A program made the translations under genes and the position numbers. A DNA stretch of 64,000 bases from IMG/VR virus record IMGVR_UViG_3300042402_002792; one strand, written 5' to 3'. Under the pieces are notes generated by a model. The model did no database searches, was not told the DNA's origin, and saw only the letters and a program-made list of their open reading frames with translations. Positions within the stretch are counted from its first letter, which is position 1, and the number at the start of each line of letters is the position of its first letter. This DNA comes from a virus (lineage: Duplodnaviria; Heunggongvirae; Uroviricota; Caudoviricetes). Below are positions 30,901 to 40,398 of the stretch, one piece after another.

Positions 30901-31356
30901 GAATTTAGAAGTGTAGCACTAAACACAGGACAACGTGATACGCTATACGAAACAAAGGTTAATCCTATTACATTCTTTACAGGTACAGGATTAGTTAACT
31001 ATGGTCAAAAGACACGTGCTCGCGCAGCCAGTGCTTTAGATCGTATTAACGTAGCTCGACTAATTGTTTACTTACGTAGACAACTAGCTGTTTTAGCTAA
31101 ACCATATATCTTTGAACCAAACGATAAGATTACTAGAGATGAAATTAAGGCAGCGGTTGAAGCTTTACTATTAGAACTAGTAGGACAACGTGCTCTATAC
31201 GATTACCTAGTTGTATGTGACGAAAGTAACAATACACCTAACAGAATTGATCGTAATGAGTTATGGATTGACATAGCAATTGAACCAGTTAAAGCAGTTG
31301 AATTTATTTACATTCCACTACGCTTGAAGAATACTGGCGAAATTGCTGGCCTATAA
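27919..31356 (+). CDS. gp18: Tail sheath protein (large, 1145 aa)
   Basis: MALSSPGVEVKVIDES start; PWFAPAG, DRINVARL, FEPND, CDESNNTP..ID, P.KAVEFI C-terminus. Confidence 0.97.
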   Translation: MALSSPGVEVKVIDESFYTPAAPGTVPLVIVASAENKANSGGTGTAPGTLKANAGEVYLLTSQRDLGDVFGDPVFKTDSNNNPIHAGEQNEYGLQAAYSLLGVSNRAFVVRADLDLNQLDARATEPDSNPANGTHWLDTSITAFGIFEWNGAPVTTRGGQKFTNKVPRVITDSTKVDSGTGGPLASVGAIGDYCMVMVDDDPDTPTLTTSVPGKLWYRSRGVAPGQDPGQWVEVGSNEWFKSWPVITGTAINPNLNANNGQTFTINGVTITAGTTLASVVTDINTKMAAQGISSAIVNGKLEMYSDGAQGLNPEDSTSANSVVIANGTGTLVAANGGVLGIKPATYYAPRLTISKHTQVPQWKSSNAAPRPTGSVWIKTTEPNLGSRWRVKRWDDATSAWERVEAPLYANGETAINNLDPAGGGISLPVGTLYVQTNYTEDNGTDNSPRLASWKIWRKGGYETATVIKTQKVINGNVTAGAKSFRLAESLQGSNVLGDYDGNGSYSYKTVSWTATGTIADADAMAEAINSAGFTNIEAEVDSQNRVLIKHKLGGDFRMKEGTGTPLVDYGISAYDYEPSSGSYRTGTEFVFAAPAGDMLHDFVASSWEPLVYAANADAPTRIPVDGRLWYSSVIDEVDIMIHDGENWVGYQNYADYGATDPNGPIVSATAPELQSEGGALVTGDLWISTDDMENFPQIYRFNFDLENLPIARRWVLLDKTDQSTEDGVLFADARYNTAGANSDEQGDIVSLLTSDYVDPDCPDPALYPKGMLLWNLRRSGYNVKEFKRDYINTADDNVRYDPGSTGGQAMADYYPHRWVTVSSNQDDGSGSFGRKAQRKVVVQALQATVNSNQQIRDEDGRIFNLIACPGYPELIGEMVTLNYDRGLTAFVVGDTPARLTPDATSLLRWGNNELIAVEDNDIGAASFDEYMAMFYPWGFTSDNFGNNVVIPPSHMMLRVIALNDQVAYPWFAPAGVRRGGITNATAVGYVNSEGEFRSVALNTGQRDTLYETKVNPITFFTGTGLVNYGQKTRARAASALDRINVARLIVYLRRQLAVLAKPYIFEPNDKITRDEIKAAVEALLLELVGQRALYDYLVVCDESNNTPNRIDRNELWIDIAIEPVKAVEFIYIPLRLKNTGEIAGL

Positions 31357-31375
31357 TATAGAGGAGCATTAAAAA

Positions 31376-32002
31376 ATGGCAATCGCAACATTAACAAGAT
31401 TTACAGTACCCCTAGCTAGCGACCAATCTGCTAGCGCACAGGGTATGCTAATGCCTAAGCTCAAATATCGTTTTAGAATGATGTTTGAGAATTTTGGTGT
31501 TTCTACTCCTACAACAGAACTTACAAAACAAGTTATGAACGTTGGTCGACCAAACTTACAGTTTGCAAACCAAGTAATTGAAACTTACAACAGTAAAATC
31601 AACTACGCCGGTAAGCACACATGGCAAACTATTGCAGTTAGCCTACGTGACGACGCTACAGGACAAGTTGCTAAGTTAGTTGGTGAGCAAATGCAGAAAC
31701 AGTTTGACTTTTTTGAGCAAGCTAGTGCTGCAAGTGCTATTGACTACAAGTTCATGTTAAGATTAGAAATGCTAGACGGTGGCAACGGAGCAAACACACC
31801 AAACGTCCTTGAAACATGGGAAATGTATGGTTGCTATGTAACCGCAGTCAACTATCAATCATTAGCCTACGGTGACGCTGCACCAGTTCAGATTGATTTA
31901 ACAATTCAACCTGATAACTGCTTACAGATTCCATCGGGCACTGGCGTTGGAGCCGCTGTACCAAGAACACTCGGTACTGCTGCAACAGGACCTGGTGTTT
32001 AA
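31376..32002 (+). CDS. gp19: Tail tube protein
   Basis: Follows the sheath gene; PKLKYRFR, YAGKHTW, LETWEMYGC. Confidence 0.9.
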   Translation: MAIATLTRFTVPLASDQSASAQGMLMPKLKYRFRMMFENFGVSTPTTELTKQVMNVGRPNLQFANQVIETYNSKINYAGKHTWQTIAVSLRDDATGQVAKLVGEQMQKQFDFFEQASAASAIDYKFMLRLEMLDGGNGANTPNVLETWEMYGCYVTAVNYQSLAYGDAAPVQIDLTIQPDNCLQIPSGTGVGAAVPRTLGTAATGPGV

Positions 32003-32015
32003 TAAAACACAAAAG

Positions 32016-32038
32016 AAGCAGCGAAAGCTGCTTTTTTT
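32016..32038 (+). terminator. Intrinsic terminator
   Basis: AAGCAGC-GAAA-GCTGCTT followed by a T run. Confidence 0.85.
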
Positions 32039-32083
32039 GTGATCCATTTTTATCTACGTAGATAATGGTAGATAAATAATTGT

Positions 32084-33112
32084 ATGTCAAGCTATTCTAA
32101 TCGTCAATTTAATAGTGGTTCCGGTGGGTCACCTGTACTACGTGATTTCCAACATGCTGCTCGTTCTTTCATCGACGGCGACTTTGCACTAGCTCCAAGG
32201 CTTAAATTTCAACATCATGTTGTTATAAGCACCTTAGGAGGCTCAAGCTCTCAACTTAGTGCTGTTATTAAAAGCATGGAAACTCCTAAAATTTCTGTCA
32301 ATACAGAAGTAGCAAATCAATATAACAGACGTAATGTTATAATGTTAAATTTAAATTATCAACAGGTAACATTAAAATTTTATGATGATAATTCTGGAGT
32401 AGCTAGAAAAGTTTTTGAAAGTTGGTACAGTTATACATTCGGTGACCATGGCGCAGCACAAGCTGGTCTATATGGTAAAAGTTTTGGTCCTCCATTGACT
32501 TCATATGGTTTAGAAAACGAACCTGTAGTTCCTTTTGTAAATTATGTAAAAATTCATACATTTGCTAAACGCAAATGGCAAGGGTTTACATTAGTACACC
32601 CTGTTATTGTATCATGGAGCCACGATACATTTAACTGGACCGATACAAGTCCTGCAGAACACACTATGGTAGTAGCTTATGATGCTGTAACATATGATAG
32701 CGGTAGTGCAGGACCTGGAAGTCCACCAAACTTTGCATCTGCAAATTACGATCAAACTCCGAGTCCGTTAAAGTCGGGTGGTGGTGGAAGAAGTCCGTCG
32801 CCGGGTGTACAAGGTGGGGTTCTAAACGGTAAAGAACAAGTATTTGGATCTGCTGAAAGAAAAGTAGATCCTACTAGTGCTTACAAAAGTCCATTATCGG
32901 CTCTTTCAGCTAATCCTAATTCTGCTAAACAGTATATTGAAACTAAACCATTAACTAATCAAGGTCAAGCAAATTCTACAAAAAATTCACCTATTAGAAA
33001 TCCGCAAAGAAGTTCAAACTTAGGACGTATTGGATTAAACGACACAGCATTCCCTGTTTACGACAAAGATAATACTGTGCCTACAACACAAAGAAGAATA
33101 ACTGGTTTATAA
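32084..33112 (+). CDS. Tail-tube-fold baseplate protein (gp48/gp54-like)
   Basis: NQYNRR...YQQVTLKFYDD and FTLVHPVIVSWSHD tube-like motifs; follows gp19. Confidence 0.6.
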   Translation: MSSYSNRQFNSGSGGSPVLRDFQHAARSFIDGDFALAPRLKFQHHVVISTLGGSSSQLSAVIKSMETPKISVNTEVANQYNRRNVIMLNLNYQQVTLKFYDDNSGVARKVFESWYSYTFGDHGAAQAGLYGKSFGPPLTSYGLENEPVVPFVNYVKIHTFAKRKWQGFTLVHPVIVSWSHDTFNWTDTSPAEHTMVVAYDAVTYDSGSAGPGSPPNFASANYDQTPSPLKSGGGGRSPSPGVQGGVLNGKEQVFGSAERKVDPTSAYKSPLSALSANPNSAKQYIETKPLTNQGQANSTKNSPIRNPQRSSNLGRIGLNDTAFPVYDKDNTVPTTQRRITGL

Positions 33113-33113
33113 C

Positions 33114-33494
33114 ATGGCAGTCGAAAGAAAATATAATCTACCTAGTAAAGAAGTCACTGACAGCAGCGAAGAAGTAAGAAACTTCTTTGATAAATTTTTC
33201 TTACATCAAATTACTTTTCCTAGTAATCAGATAGATGCTGTTATAGGATTTTTCTTAAAAAGAGGATTTGATGAACAGGCAGCACGTAGCACTTGCATTG
33301 TACTATTAAATCAAGCTAGATTAGAAAACATAAATCCTTTACAGCTATTAGATACACTAAAAGGGCTCAATGATGTTAAACTTAGCGAGATAGTCACTGA
33401 GGTATTAAACACTTATCGTGATAGACGATCTGCATTAGGTTATAAACTTACAGTGCTTGAAGAAACCCTAGAAAGCAGAAACATTGTTCAATGA
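33114..33494 (+). CDS. Hypothetical protein (morphogenesis cluster)
   Basis: 126-aa ORF tightly packed between structural genes. Confidence 0.6.
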   Translation: MAVERKYNLPSKEVTDSSEEVRNFFDKFFLHQITFPSNQIDAVIGFFLKRGFDEQAARSTCIVLLNQARLENINPLQLLDTLKGLNDVKLSEIVTEVLNTYRDRRSALGYKLTVLEETLESRNIVQ

Positions 33495-33931
33495 GTCGCA
33501 GATTTGCTCAAGGAAAATATCAAGTTATTAATGCCGACAAATATGTAGGCACTCGCCAACCTACATATAGGAGCAGCTGGGAATGGAGCTTTATGAAGTT
33601 CTGTGACACAGACCCTAGAATACTAAAATGGGCAAGCGAATCTATCAAAATACCTTATCGAGATCCATTTACAGGTAAAGGTACAATTTACGTACCTGAT
33701 TTTTTTATACAGTATGTAGATAACAAAGGTAAAATGCAAGCCGAAATTATTGAAGTAAAACCACAAAATCAAACAGTGCTAGAAAAAGTCGGTAGGAATC
33801 GTAACAACCAAATACAGTATGCAAAGAATGTAGTTAAATGGCGGGCAGCTCAAGAGTTTTGTAATAAACAGGGCTTAAAGTTTCGTGTACTTAACGAACA
33901 AGACTTATTTCATAATGGTCGCAGAGGATAA
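33491..33931 (+). CDS. gp4: Head completion nuclease gp4-like
   Basis: YRSSWE..FM..CD, WASE...IPY, YVPDF, IEVKP. Confidence 0.9.
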   Translation: MSRRFAQGKYQVINADKYVGTRQPTYRSSWEWSFMKFCDTDPRILKWASESIKIPYRDPFTGKGTIYVPDFFIQYVDNKGKMQAEIIEVKPQNQTVLEKVGRNRNNQIQYAKNVVKWRAAQEFCNKQGLKFRVLNEQDLFHNGRRG

Positions 33932-33939
33932 GTAGTATT

Positions 33940-34416
33940 ATGAAAAAACTTGAAGAAATCCTTAATTTGCCTGAAAGCAAGAAGACTATTAAAAAAGCTG
34001 AACGTCAAGAAGCTAAAGAATCTGTCGCTCAACCATTTTTAAGAGATATTTCGGAATTTGATAAAATCTCTAGTGCGTTACCGCAAGTAAAGGGTCTCGG
34101 CGATATAAGCGATAAAGAATTTGACGACCTAGCACAACGAGCAACAGATGCGTTTGATGATTTAATGGATTTAGGCATGAACGTAGAAGCTAGGTATAGC
34201 GGTCGTGTATTTGAAGTTGCTGGCGGCATGCTTAAGAATGCTATTGATGCAAAAGCAGCTAAAATTGATAAAAAACTTAAAATGATCGAGTTACAAATTA
34301 AAAAACAAAAACTAGATCAAGATGCCGGTGAAGATAATGGCGTAGATGTTAGCGGTACTGGAGTTATTGTTACAGATCGCAATAGCCTTATTGAAAAACT
34401 GAAGAATTTGAAATAA
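33940..34416 (+). CDS. Probable terminase small subunit (gp16-like)
   Basis: Helical core with RVFEVAGGMLK resembling the gp16 R.xEV motif; upstream of the large terminase. Confidence 0.55.
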   Translation: MKKLEEILNLPESKKTIKKAERQEAKESVAQPFLRDISEFDKISSALPQVKGLGDISDKEFDDLAQRATDAFDDLMDLGMNVEARYSGRVFEVAGGMLKNAIDAKAAKIDKKLKMIELQIKKQKLDQDAGEDNGVDVSGTGVIVTDRNSLIEKLKNLK

Positions 34417-34438
34417 ATATATTATCGGAATTTTGACC

Positions 34439-35050
34439 ATGAAATCATTTAAAGACTACCTCACTGAAAGCATAGAAGAAAAACTTTACTCTTTTAAGAT
34501 TAAAGTTGCTGGAAAACTACCTGACAACTGCGAAGATGTCATGGAAAATGCTTTGAAAAAATATGAAATAGCTAAATTTGCTAAAGCTAGAACTGTACCT
34601 ATTCAAGCTAAGGTGCCTGATTTTCCAGAAATGGAAAACGTAGAAGTAACAGTTTTTGACGTGGATCTAAAGTATCCAACAACTAGTACAGTACTACACA
34701 GTTACATGACTGAACAAACTGGGCTACAAGGATGCTGTATCAAAGTAAGAACCGCGCTTGAAGAGAATGAAGCAGAATTAAATCTTGAAGAAGAAAATGC
34801 AGAAACAAAAGGCGGAAAACCTTTAATTGGTCAATGTGATTTTCCTGCAAGCAATAATCAAAAAATAGTAGGCGAAAAACATGTTCTTAGTCTACTTAAA
34901 GAATTGTCAAAGAAAAGAAATGAACCGCAACAATATAAAGGTGTTAATGACAGTTTGTTAGCTAAAAAAGCACCAAAAGAAAAAGCCGCTGAACTTGCTA
35001 AAGCTTCACCTGCTAAGAGCCCTATTAGCGGCAAAGGAAAAACAAAATGA
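34439..35050 (+). CDS. Hypothetical protein, possible head/prohead core protein
   Basis: ATG start gives MKSFKDYLTES, similar to the T4 capsid-targeting sequence; TAAATA upstream. Confidence 0.55.
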   Translation: MKSFKDYLTESIEEKLYSFKIKVAGKLPDNCEDVMENALKKYEIAKFAKARTVPIQAKVPDFPEMENVEVTVFDVDLKYPTTSTVLHSYMTEQTGLQGCCIKVRTALEENEAELNLEEENAETKGGKPLIGQCDFPASNNQKIVGEKHVLSLLKELSKKRNEPQQYKGVNDSLLAKKAPKEKAAELAKASPAKSPISGKGKTK

Positions 35051-35661
35051 ATTTTCAAGAATTATTATCTCGCATCAACGAATTAGATCAGCCTATGATC
35101 GAAGAGCCTAATGAAGGCAATGCTTATGGTCAAGCAGTTCAAAATACTCCACCAGGCGAAGAAATCAAAATAGACGGTAAAGGTACTGGCGATATTAAAC
35201 GAGAAGAAGTTGTAGCAGACGGATGTGGCATGGGTCCTATGGGTTCTATGAATCCGCCACAACAAGATAATGTTAATATGAATGTTAGTATGAATGGTTC
35301 CGGTGCCGGTGGTATTCGTGACTTGTTAGACATTCTAAAGAATTTAGATGGCGGCTCAGATGAGCATGGCGACGGGCATGACTTAGGTGACCTCATTGCC
35401 AAAATGGACGGTCCTGATGAAATGCCAGCTCCTATGGCAATGAAAAAACCTATTGTTGTAGGTGATGATATACCAGTTGATGAATTTGCTAACGAGCCAG
35501 ATGAAATGTATGCACCTGCTCAAGCAGTAACACCAACTGGCGACGATTTGCATAGCAAAGGCGGAGAAGCCCCAAAAGTTAACGGTGGCGGTAATCCGAT
35601 GACTATGGAAAGTTTAGTTAAACGCCTTGATAGTCTGTATCAAGAAGTTAAGTCTAGATAA
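35047..35661 (+). CDS. Acidic low-complexity protein, possible prohead core/scaffold
   Basis: D/E/G/P/M-rich; overlaps the stop of the previous gene. Confidence 0.5.
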   Translation: MNFQELLSRINELDQPMIEEPNEGNAYGQAVQNTPPGEEIKIDGKGTGDIKREEVVADGCGMGPMGSMNPPQQDNVNMNVSMNGSGAGGIRDLLDILKNLDGGSDEHGDGHDLGDLIAKMDGPDEMPAPMAMKKPIVVGDDIPVDEFANEPDEMYAPAQAVTPTGDDLHSKGGEAPKVNGGGNPMTMESLVKRLDSLYQEVKSR

Positions 35662-35676
35662 TAAAAACTGACACCT

Positions 35677-35702
35677 AAAACGGGCCATAGGCCCGTTTTT
35701 TT
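35677..35702 (+). terminator. Intrinsic terminator
   Basis: AAAACGGGCC-ATA-GGCCCGTTTT followed by a T run. Confidence 0.85.
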
Positions 35703-35716
35703 ATTGTAAATACAAT

Positions 35717-37312
35717 ATGGCAACAAAAAGTTTAGACGGCGTTTTAACCAAAAAAGCCCATACTAAAGAAACATTTACAGAGCAACAGATTGCTGATTTG
35801 CTCAAGTGCAGTTCTGACGACGGGTATCATCATTTCTGTAGTACCTTCTTTTATATACAGCACCCTGTTAAAGGTAAGATGCTGTTTGAACCATTTGAGT
35901 ATCAAACACGGTTATTAGATGCTTACCACGGACATAGATTTAATATTAACATGTTACCTCGACAGATGGGTAAAACTACCTGTGCTGCTGGTTACTTGTT
36001 ATGGTATGCCATGTTCCACCCGGATCAGACAATATTAATTAGTGCTCACAAATATACTGGTTCGCAAGAAATTATGCAGCGTATTAGATACGCTTATGAA
36101 TTATGTCCTGACTACATTCGTAGTGGGGTAGTAAACTACAATAAAGGGAGTATAGAATTTGATAATGGATCACGTATTGTCTCTACAACTACTACTGGCA
36201 ACACAGGTCGTGGTATGTCTATTTCCCTACTATACTGTGACGAGTTTGCATTTGTTCCGCCTAATATTGCAGACGAATTCTGGACTTCAATTTCGCCAAC
36301 ACTAGCAACTGGTGGTAAAGCAATCATTACTTCAACACCGAACAGTGACGAAGATACATTTGCTACTATATGGAAAGAAGCTAATAAAAAATTTGACGAG
36401 TTTGGTAACGAGAAAGAAACGGGTGTGAACGGATTCTTTCCGTTTACATGCTCTTGGAGTGAACATCCAGATAGAGATGATGCATGGGCAACAACAGAAA
36501 GGGGTCGTATTGGTGAAGAACGATTCCGTCGAGAATACAATTGTGAATTCTTAGTATTTGACGAAACACTAATTAACAGTATTCATCTTGCTGGCATGGA
36601 AGGGCGAAACCCTATAATGAATTTGGGACAAGTCCGTTGGTATAAAGAAATTAAAAAAGACATGTTATATGCAGTAAGTTTAGATCCTAGTTTAGGCACC
36701 GGCGGAAATAGATCTGCTATTCAAGTTGTTGAATTGCCCTCATTTATACAGGTTGGCGAATGGCATCATAATCTTACACCTATACAAGGTCAAATAAGAA
36801 TTCTTAAAGAGATACTACAGTATATTCAAACTCAAATAGGTGACGAAAGTAGTAACAGCCTTTACTGGAGTATTGAAAATAATAACATTGGCGAAGCTGG
36901 TTTAATTTGTATTAAAGACATAGGTGAAGATCAGTTTCCTGGGTTGTTTGTCAGTGAGCCTATACGAAAAGGGCATGTACGCAAATTCCGTAAAGGGTTT
37001 AATACTACACATAAAGCTAAAATTAGTGCCTGTGCTAGATTGAAATACCTAATCGAATCAAACAAAATGACCATTAACAGTAAACCTTTAATTACTGAAC
37101 TAAAATCTTTTATAGCACAGGGTGTAAGTTTTCAAGGTAAAATGGAAGAGCCTGACGATTTAGTCAGTGCTATGCTGTTAATTGTACGTATGACACAGGT
37201 ATTAGCTGACTGGGATGCAAGGGTATTTGATAGCTTTAGTACTAATGACGGAATTAATGACGAAGATTACGAAATGCCTATGCCCATTTATGTTTCGTCA
37301 ACCCTAGCATAA
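35717..37312 (+). CDS. gp17: Terminase large subunit
   Basis: PRQMGKTT Walker A, LLYCDEFAF Walker B, TSTPN, RuvC-like LDP and DDLV. Confidence 0.97.
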   Translation: MATKSLDGVLTKKAHTKETFTEQQIADLLKCSSDDGYHHFCSTFFYIQHPVKGKMLFEPFEYQTRLLDAYHGHRFNINMLPRQMGKTTCAAGYLLWYAMFHPDQTILISAHKYTGSQEIMQRIRYAYELCPDYIRSGVVNYNKGSIEFDNGSRIVSTTTTGNTGRGMSISLLYCDEFAFVPPNIADEFWTSISPTLATGGKAIITSTPNSDEDTFATIWKEANKKFDEFGNEKETGVNGFFPFTCSWSEHPDRDDAWATTERGRIGEERFRREYNCEFLVFDETLINSIHLAGMEGRNPIMNLGQVRWYKEIKKDMLYAVSLDPSLGTGGNRSAIQVVELPSFIQVGEWHHNLTPIQGQIRILKEILQYIQTQIGDESSNSLYWSIENNNIGEAGLICIKDIGEDQFPGLFVSEPIRKGHVRKFRKGFNTTHKAKISACARLKYLIESNKMTINSKPLITELKSFIAQGVSFQGKMEEPDDLVSAMLLIVRMTQVLADWDARVFDSFSTNDGINDEDYEMPMPIYVSSTLA

Positions 37313-37320
37313 ATATAACT

Positions 37321-39207
37321 ATGGAACTAAATTTAGAAACAACTGCTGAAGAATTATTTGGGAAATTAAGAACACAATTTCCACAAATCCAATTAGGCGA
37401 TGCTAATAATACTGTAACAGATACTCCCAAAGACGCTAGATTTTTCGAGTTTGATTTTGTTAAAAAAGGACAAAATTTAGGAACTGTTACTGTAGATATT
37501 TCTGAAGATGATGGATTAGTTGTCATTTATAGTAATGACATTGCTGATCAAGGATCTAGCGGAATAACACAGCATTGGTATAATTTTCTAAAAGAGCTTA
37601 GAGAATTTGCCAAACAACATAGAATGAAATTTAGTGCAAGAGATACTACAAAATCAAATCTAGATAAAAGAGATTATAACTACCTAGCTAACAAGCACGG
37701 AGAAGCTGCAATGAGTGAAAGCAAATTATGGGGCACTTCCAAAACAAGTTTCCAAGATATGGGAGAAGCCAAACTTATCGTTAAACATACAAAACCTGTT
37801 AACTACGATCTACCAGCTGGTAGAACAATGCACATTGACAGCATCTATGTTGAAAACGCAGACGGAGAAAGATTTAAGTATCCGTACAAGCATCTAAACG
37901 GAGCTAGAGCACTAGCACAACACGTTGCACACGGTGGTAACAGTTACGATTCTATCGGTCAACACATTATTGGTCTTTCAGAAGAATTAAACAAGTTACG
38001 CATGTTTAAAGGCTATGTTGATCGTAATGAAATGGTCAGCGAAGCTATGGGAGAAATCAATAGCAAAGTTTACGAACGTATTGATCAGGTTAAAAAAGAA
38101 ATTCATAGTTTACAAAATGTAAATTATTACAAATCATTTGCTGAGTCATGGACTGATCCAGAAGAAATTTTTATTCCAGAAGACGTAGTTAGTGACTGGG
38201 TAGATAGATTAACTATTCGCAGTTTTAATGAAGAATTAAAAAATGTGTTTCCATATATTTTTAAACTAGTTGGTGAAAATGTTGCCCCAGTAAAAGAAAT
38301 TATGCCTAGTGATTTGTTTACAGATATTGAAGAAGAATCTCAATACGATCCAGTAAAAGAAATTGACGAACTTGTTAACTATGAAACATACTTAAATCAA
38401 ATTGTTGGAGAAAGCAATGATTTGTTTAGTAATAATCCAGAATCTCAAAGTGTAGCGTTGCAAAAATTAAATGCATTAATGAGTCAAGAATTACCAGGCG
38501 GCGCCGATGGTACTAATGTTATTCAAAGCCTAAAAGGTGTAATTGATGATCCAGAATTAACAAAAGCGTTAAAATTTGTTAGTGAATTAAATCCAGAAAG
38601 TGATGTTAGAGACATCATTGTACAATATTTAAAAGCTAAAGATGAAGAAACTGGTACCGATCTAAGTAGTCAAATTCAATTTGATAAAGGCGCAGCACCT
38701 GCACCTACACCTGCACCGGCAGCGGCACCGGCAGCACCTACACCAGAACCGGCTGAGCCTCAACCAGGTGTACCAGTAGCAGAAAGATTTATGCGAGCTA
38801 TAGAAAAAGCTCGTCAAGCAGGTGCGACACAAGAAACTATTATTAGATTTAGTGGCAAAGATTTAACTATTAGAGAAGCAGCCAAACTTGCTAAAGTTGA
38901 TGTTGGTACTATTTTTGCAGAAGATTCGATGAGTAGTAAACAAGAAGAAGTAGTTGAGTTTATCAAATCTATGTACGACGAGCAAACTGGTTCTTTCCCC
39001 AAAGGTGAAACTGGTGTAATGATAGCAGTTGAAAAACAATTTGGCGAAGATGTTACTGAACTAGCATCAACGGTTATTAAAGAACTAAGCGCCATTTACG
39101 AATCAAAACGCCTTCGTCAATTGGCTGGTATTACTGAACACGGTCTTCAAAAACCACAAGCTAGTGTTGCCGAGATGTTTAAAGCTTTGAACGCAAGACT
39201 TCAATAA
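37321..39207 (+). CDS. Hypothetical virion/head-associated protein
   Basis: 628 aa, TAAATA 5 nt upstream, Pro/Ala linker, ESKRLRQLAGI C-terminal motif. Confidence 0.55.
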   Translation: MELNLETTAEELFGKLRTQFPQIQLGDANNTVTDTPKDARFFEFDFVKKGQNLGTVTVDISEDDGLVVIYSNDIADQGSSGITQHWYNFLKELREFAKQHRMKFSARDTTKSNLDKRDYNYLANKHGEAAMSESKLWGTSKTSFQDMGEAKLIVKHTKPVNYDLPAGRTMHIDSIYVENADGERFKYPYKHLNGARALAQHVAHGGNSYDSIGQHIIGLSEELNKLRMFKGYVDRNEMVSEAMGEINSKVYERIDQVKKEIHSLQNVNYYKSFAESWTDPEEIFIPEDVVSDWVDRLTIRSFNEELKNVFPYIFKLVGENVAPVKEIMPSDLFTDIEEESQYDPVKEIDELVNYETYLNQIVGESNDLFSNNPESQSVALQKLNALMSQELPGGADGTNVIQSLKGVIDDPELTKALKFVSELNPESDVRDIIVQYLKAKDEETGTDLSSQIQFDKGAAPAPTPAPAAAPAAPTPEPAEPQPGVPVAERFMRAIEKARQAGATQETIIRFSGKDLTIREAAKLAKVDVGTIFAEDSMSSKQEEVVEFIKSMYDEQTGSFPKGETGVMIAVEKQFGEDVTELASTVIKELSAIYESKRLRQLAGITEHGLQKPQASVAEMFKALNARLQ

Positions 39208-39243
39208 ACGGCTAAAATAAATCATAATTAAGCAAGATTTCTC

Positions 39244-39289
39244 TTGCAAACATAAATAAAAACGCATACAATAACATGTATGCGTTTTT
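39244..39289 (+). promoter_or_regulatory. Composite sigma70 promoter, late TAAATA and 13-bp hairpin upstream of gp32
   Basis: TTGCAA-17 bp-TACAAT with TAAATA inside the spacer; inverted repeat AAAAACGCATACA/TGTATGCGTTTTT. Confidence 0.65.
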
Positions 39290-39357
39290 TGTTTAGTAGG
39301 TTCTAAACAAATAAAGGCAAATACAATAGGCTATTAAAATTTATTAGGAGGCTCATT

Positions 39358-40344
39358 ATGGCATCATTAGCTGAAATTCGCGCAAAATTAAAGGAACAAG
39401 AAACACGCTCAACAGGCGACGGTAACAGAACAGGTGGAGATAATTCCATTTATCCGTTCTGGAACTTAAAGGAAGGTTCCGAATCAACAGTCCGTTTTCT
39501 TCCTGACGGAAATTCCGATAACACATTTTTCTGGGTAGAACGTGCAATGATCAAATTGCCATTCCCTGGAGTTAAGAACTCGACTGATAGTAAACAAGTT
39601 ACTGTCAACGTCCCTTGTATGGAAATGTATGGCGAAAGCTGTCCTATCCTTAACGAAGTACGTGGTTGGTTCAAAGATCCTACTTTAGAAGATATGGGTC
39701 GTAAGTACTGGAAGAAACGTTCATACATCTTCCAAGGATACGTTGTTGAAGACGGTTTGAAAGAACAAGAACGTCCAGAAAATCCTATCCGTAGATTTAT
39801 TATCGGACCACAAATTTTCCAACTTATCCGTGGAGCATTGCTAGATCCAGAAATGGATGACTTGCCAACTGACGCAGTTAACGGTGTTGACTTTAAATTG
39901 ATCAAAACTTCAAAGGGTGGTTATGCTGACTATTCTACTAGCAAGTGGAGTCGCCGTACTCGTCCGCTCGACGATGCGGAAACTGCCGCTTTAGAGCAAC
40001 ATGGTTTGTTTAGTCTTAAGGATTACTTGCCTAAGAAGCCTTCAGACGTAGAAGTTAAAGTTATCAAAGAAATGTTCGAAGCTTCTGTTGCAGGCGAACC
40101 GTTTGATATGGACCGTTGGGGGCAATACTTTAAGCCAGCAGGTATGAGTTCTGCTACTGGTGATCCTAATACTGTTAAGGCTGCTCCAAAGGCTGCTCCT
40201 GTTGTAGCCGATGATGACGAAGCTCCATGGGAACAACCTGCCGCTAAGGCAGCACCTGCTCCTAAAGCAGAAGAATCAAAACCTGCCGCAGGCGGTAGCA
40301 AGGCAGAAGATATCCTTGCTATGATTCGTAATCGAAACAAGTAA
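39358..40344 (+). CDS. gp32: Single-stranded DNA-binding protein
   Basis: VRFLPD, CMEMYGESCPI, YWKKRSY, GYADYSTSKW; precedes uvsX. Confidence 0.92.
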   Translation: MASLAEIRAKLKEQETRSTGDGNRTGGDNSIYPFWNLKEGSESTVRFLPDGNSDNTFFWVERAMIKLPFPGVKNSTDSKQVTVNVPCMEMYGESCPILNEVRGWFKDPTLEDMGRKYWKKRSYIFQGYVVEDGLKEQERPENPIRRFIIGPQIFQLIRGALLDPEMDDLPTDAVNGVDFKLIKTSKGGYADYSTSKWSRRTRPLDDAETAALEQHGLFSLKDYLPKKPSDVEVKVIKEMFEASVAGEPFDMDRWGQYFKPAGMSSATGDPNTVKAAPKAAPVVADDDEAPWEQPAAKAAPAPKAEESKPAAGGSKAEDILAMIRNRNK

Positions 40345-40355
40345 TAAGTAACACG

Positions 40356-40385
40356 GCTCGGGCCTTGCGCCCGAGTTCTCTTCTC
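40356..40385 (+). terminator. Hairpin after gp32
   Basis: GCTCGGGC-cttgc-GCCCGAGT followed by a pyrimidine run. Confidence 0.55.
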
Positions 40386-40398
40386 TTAAGGATATTAT

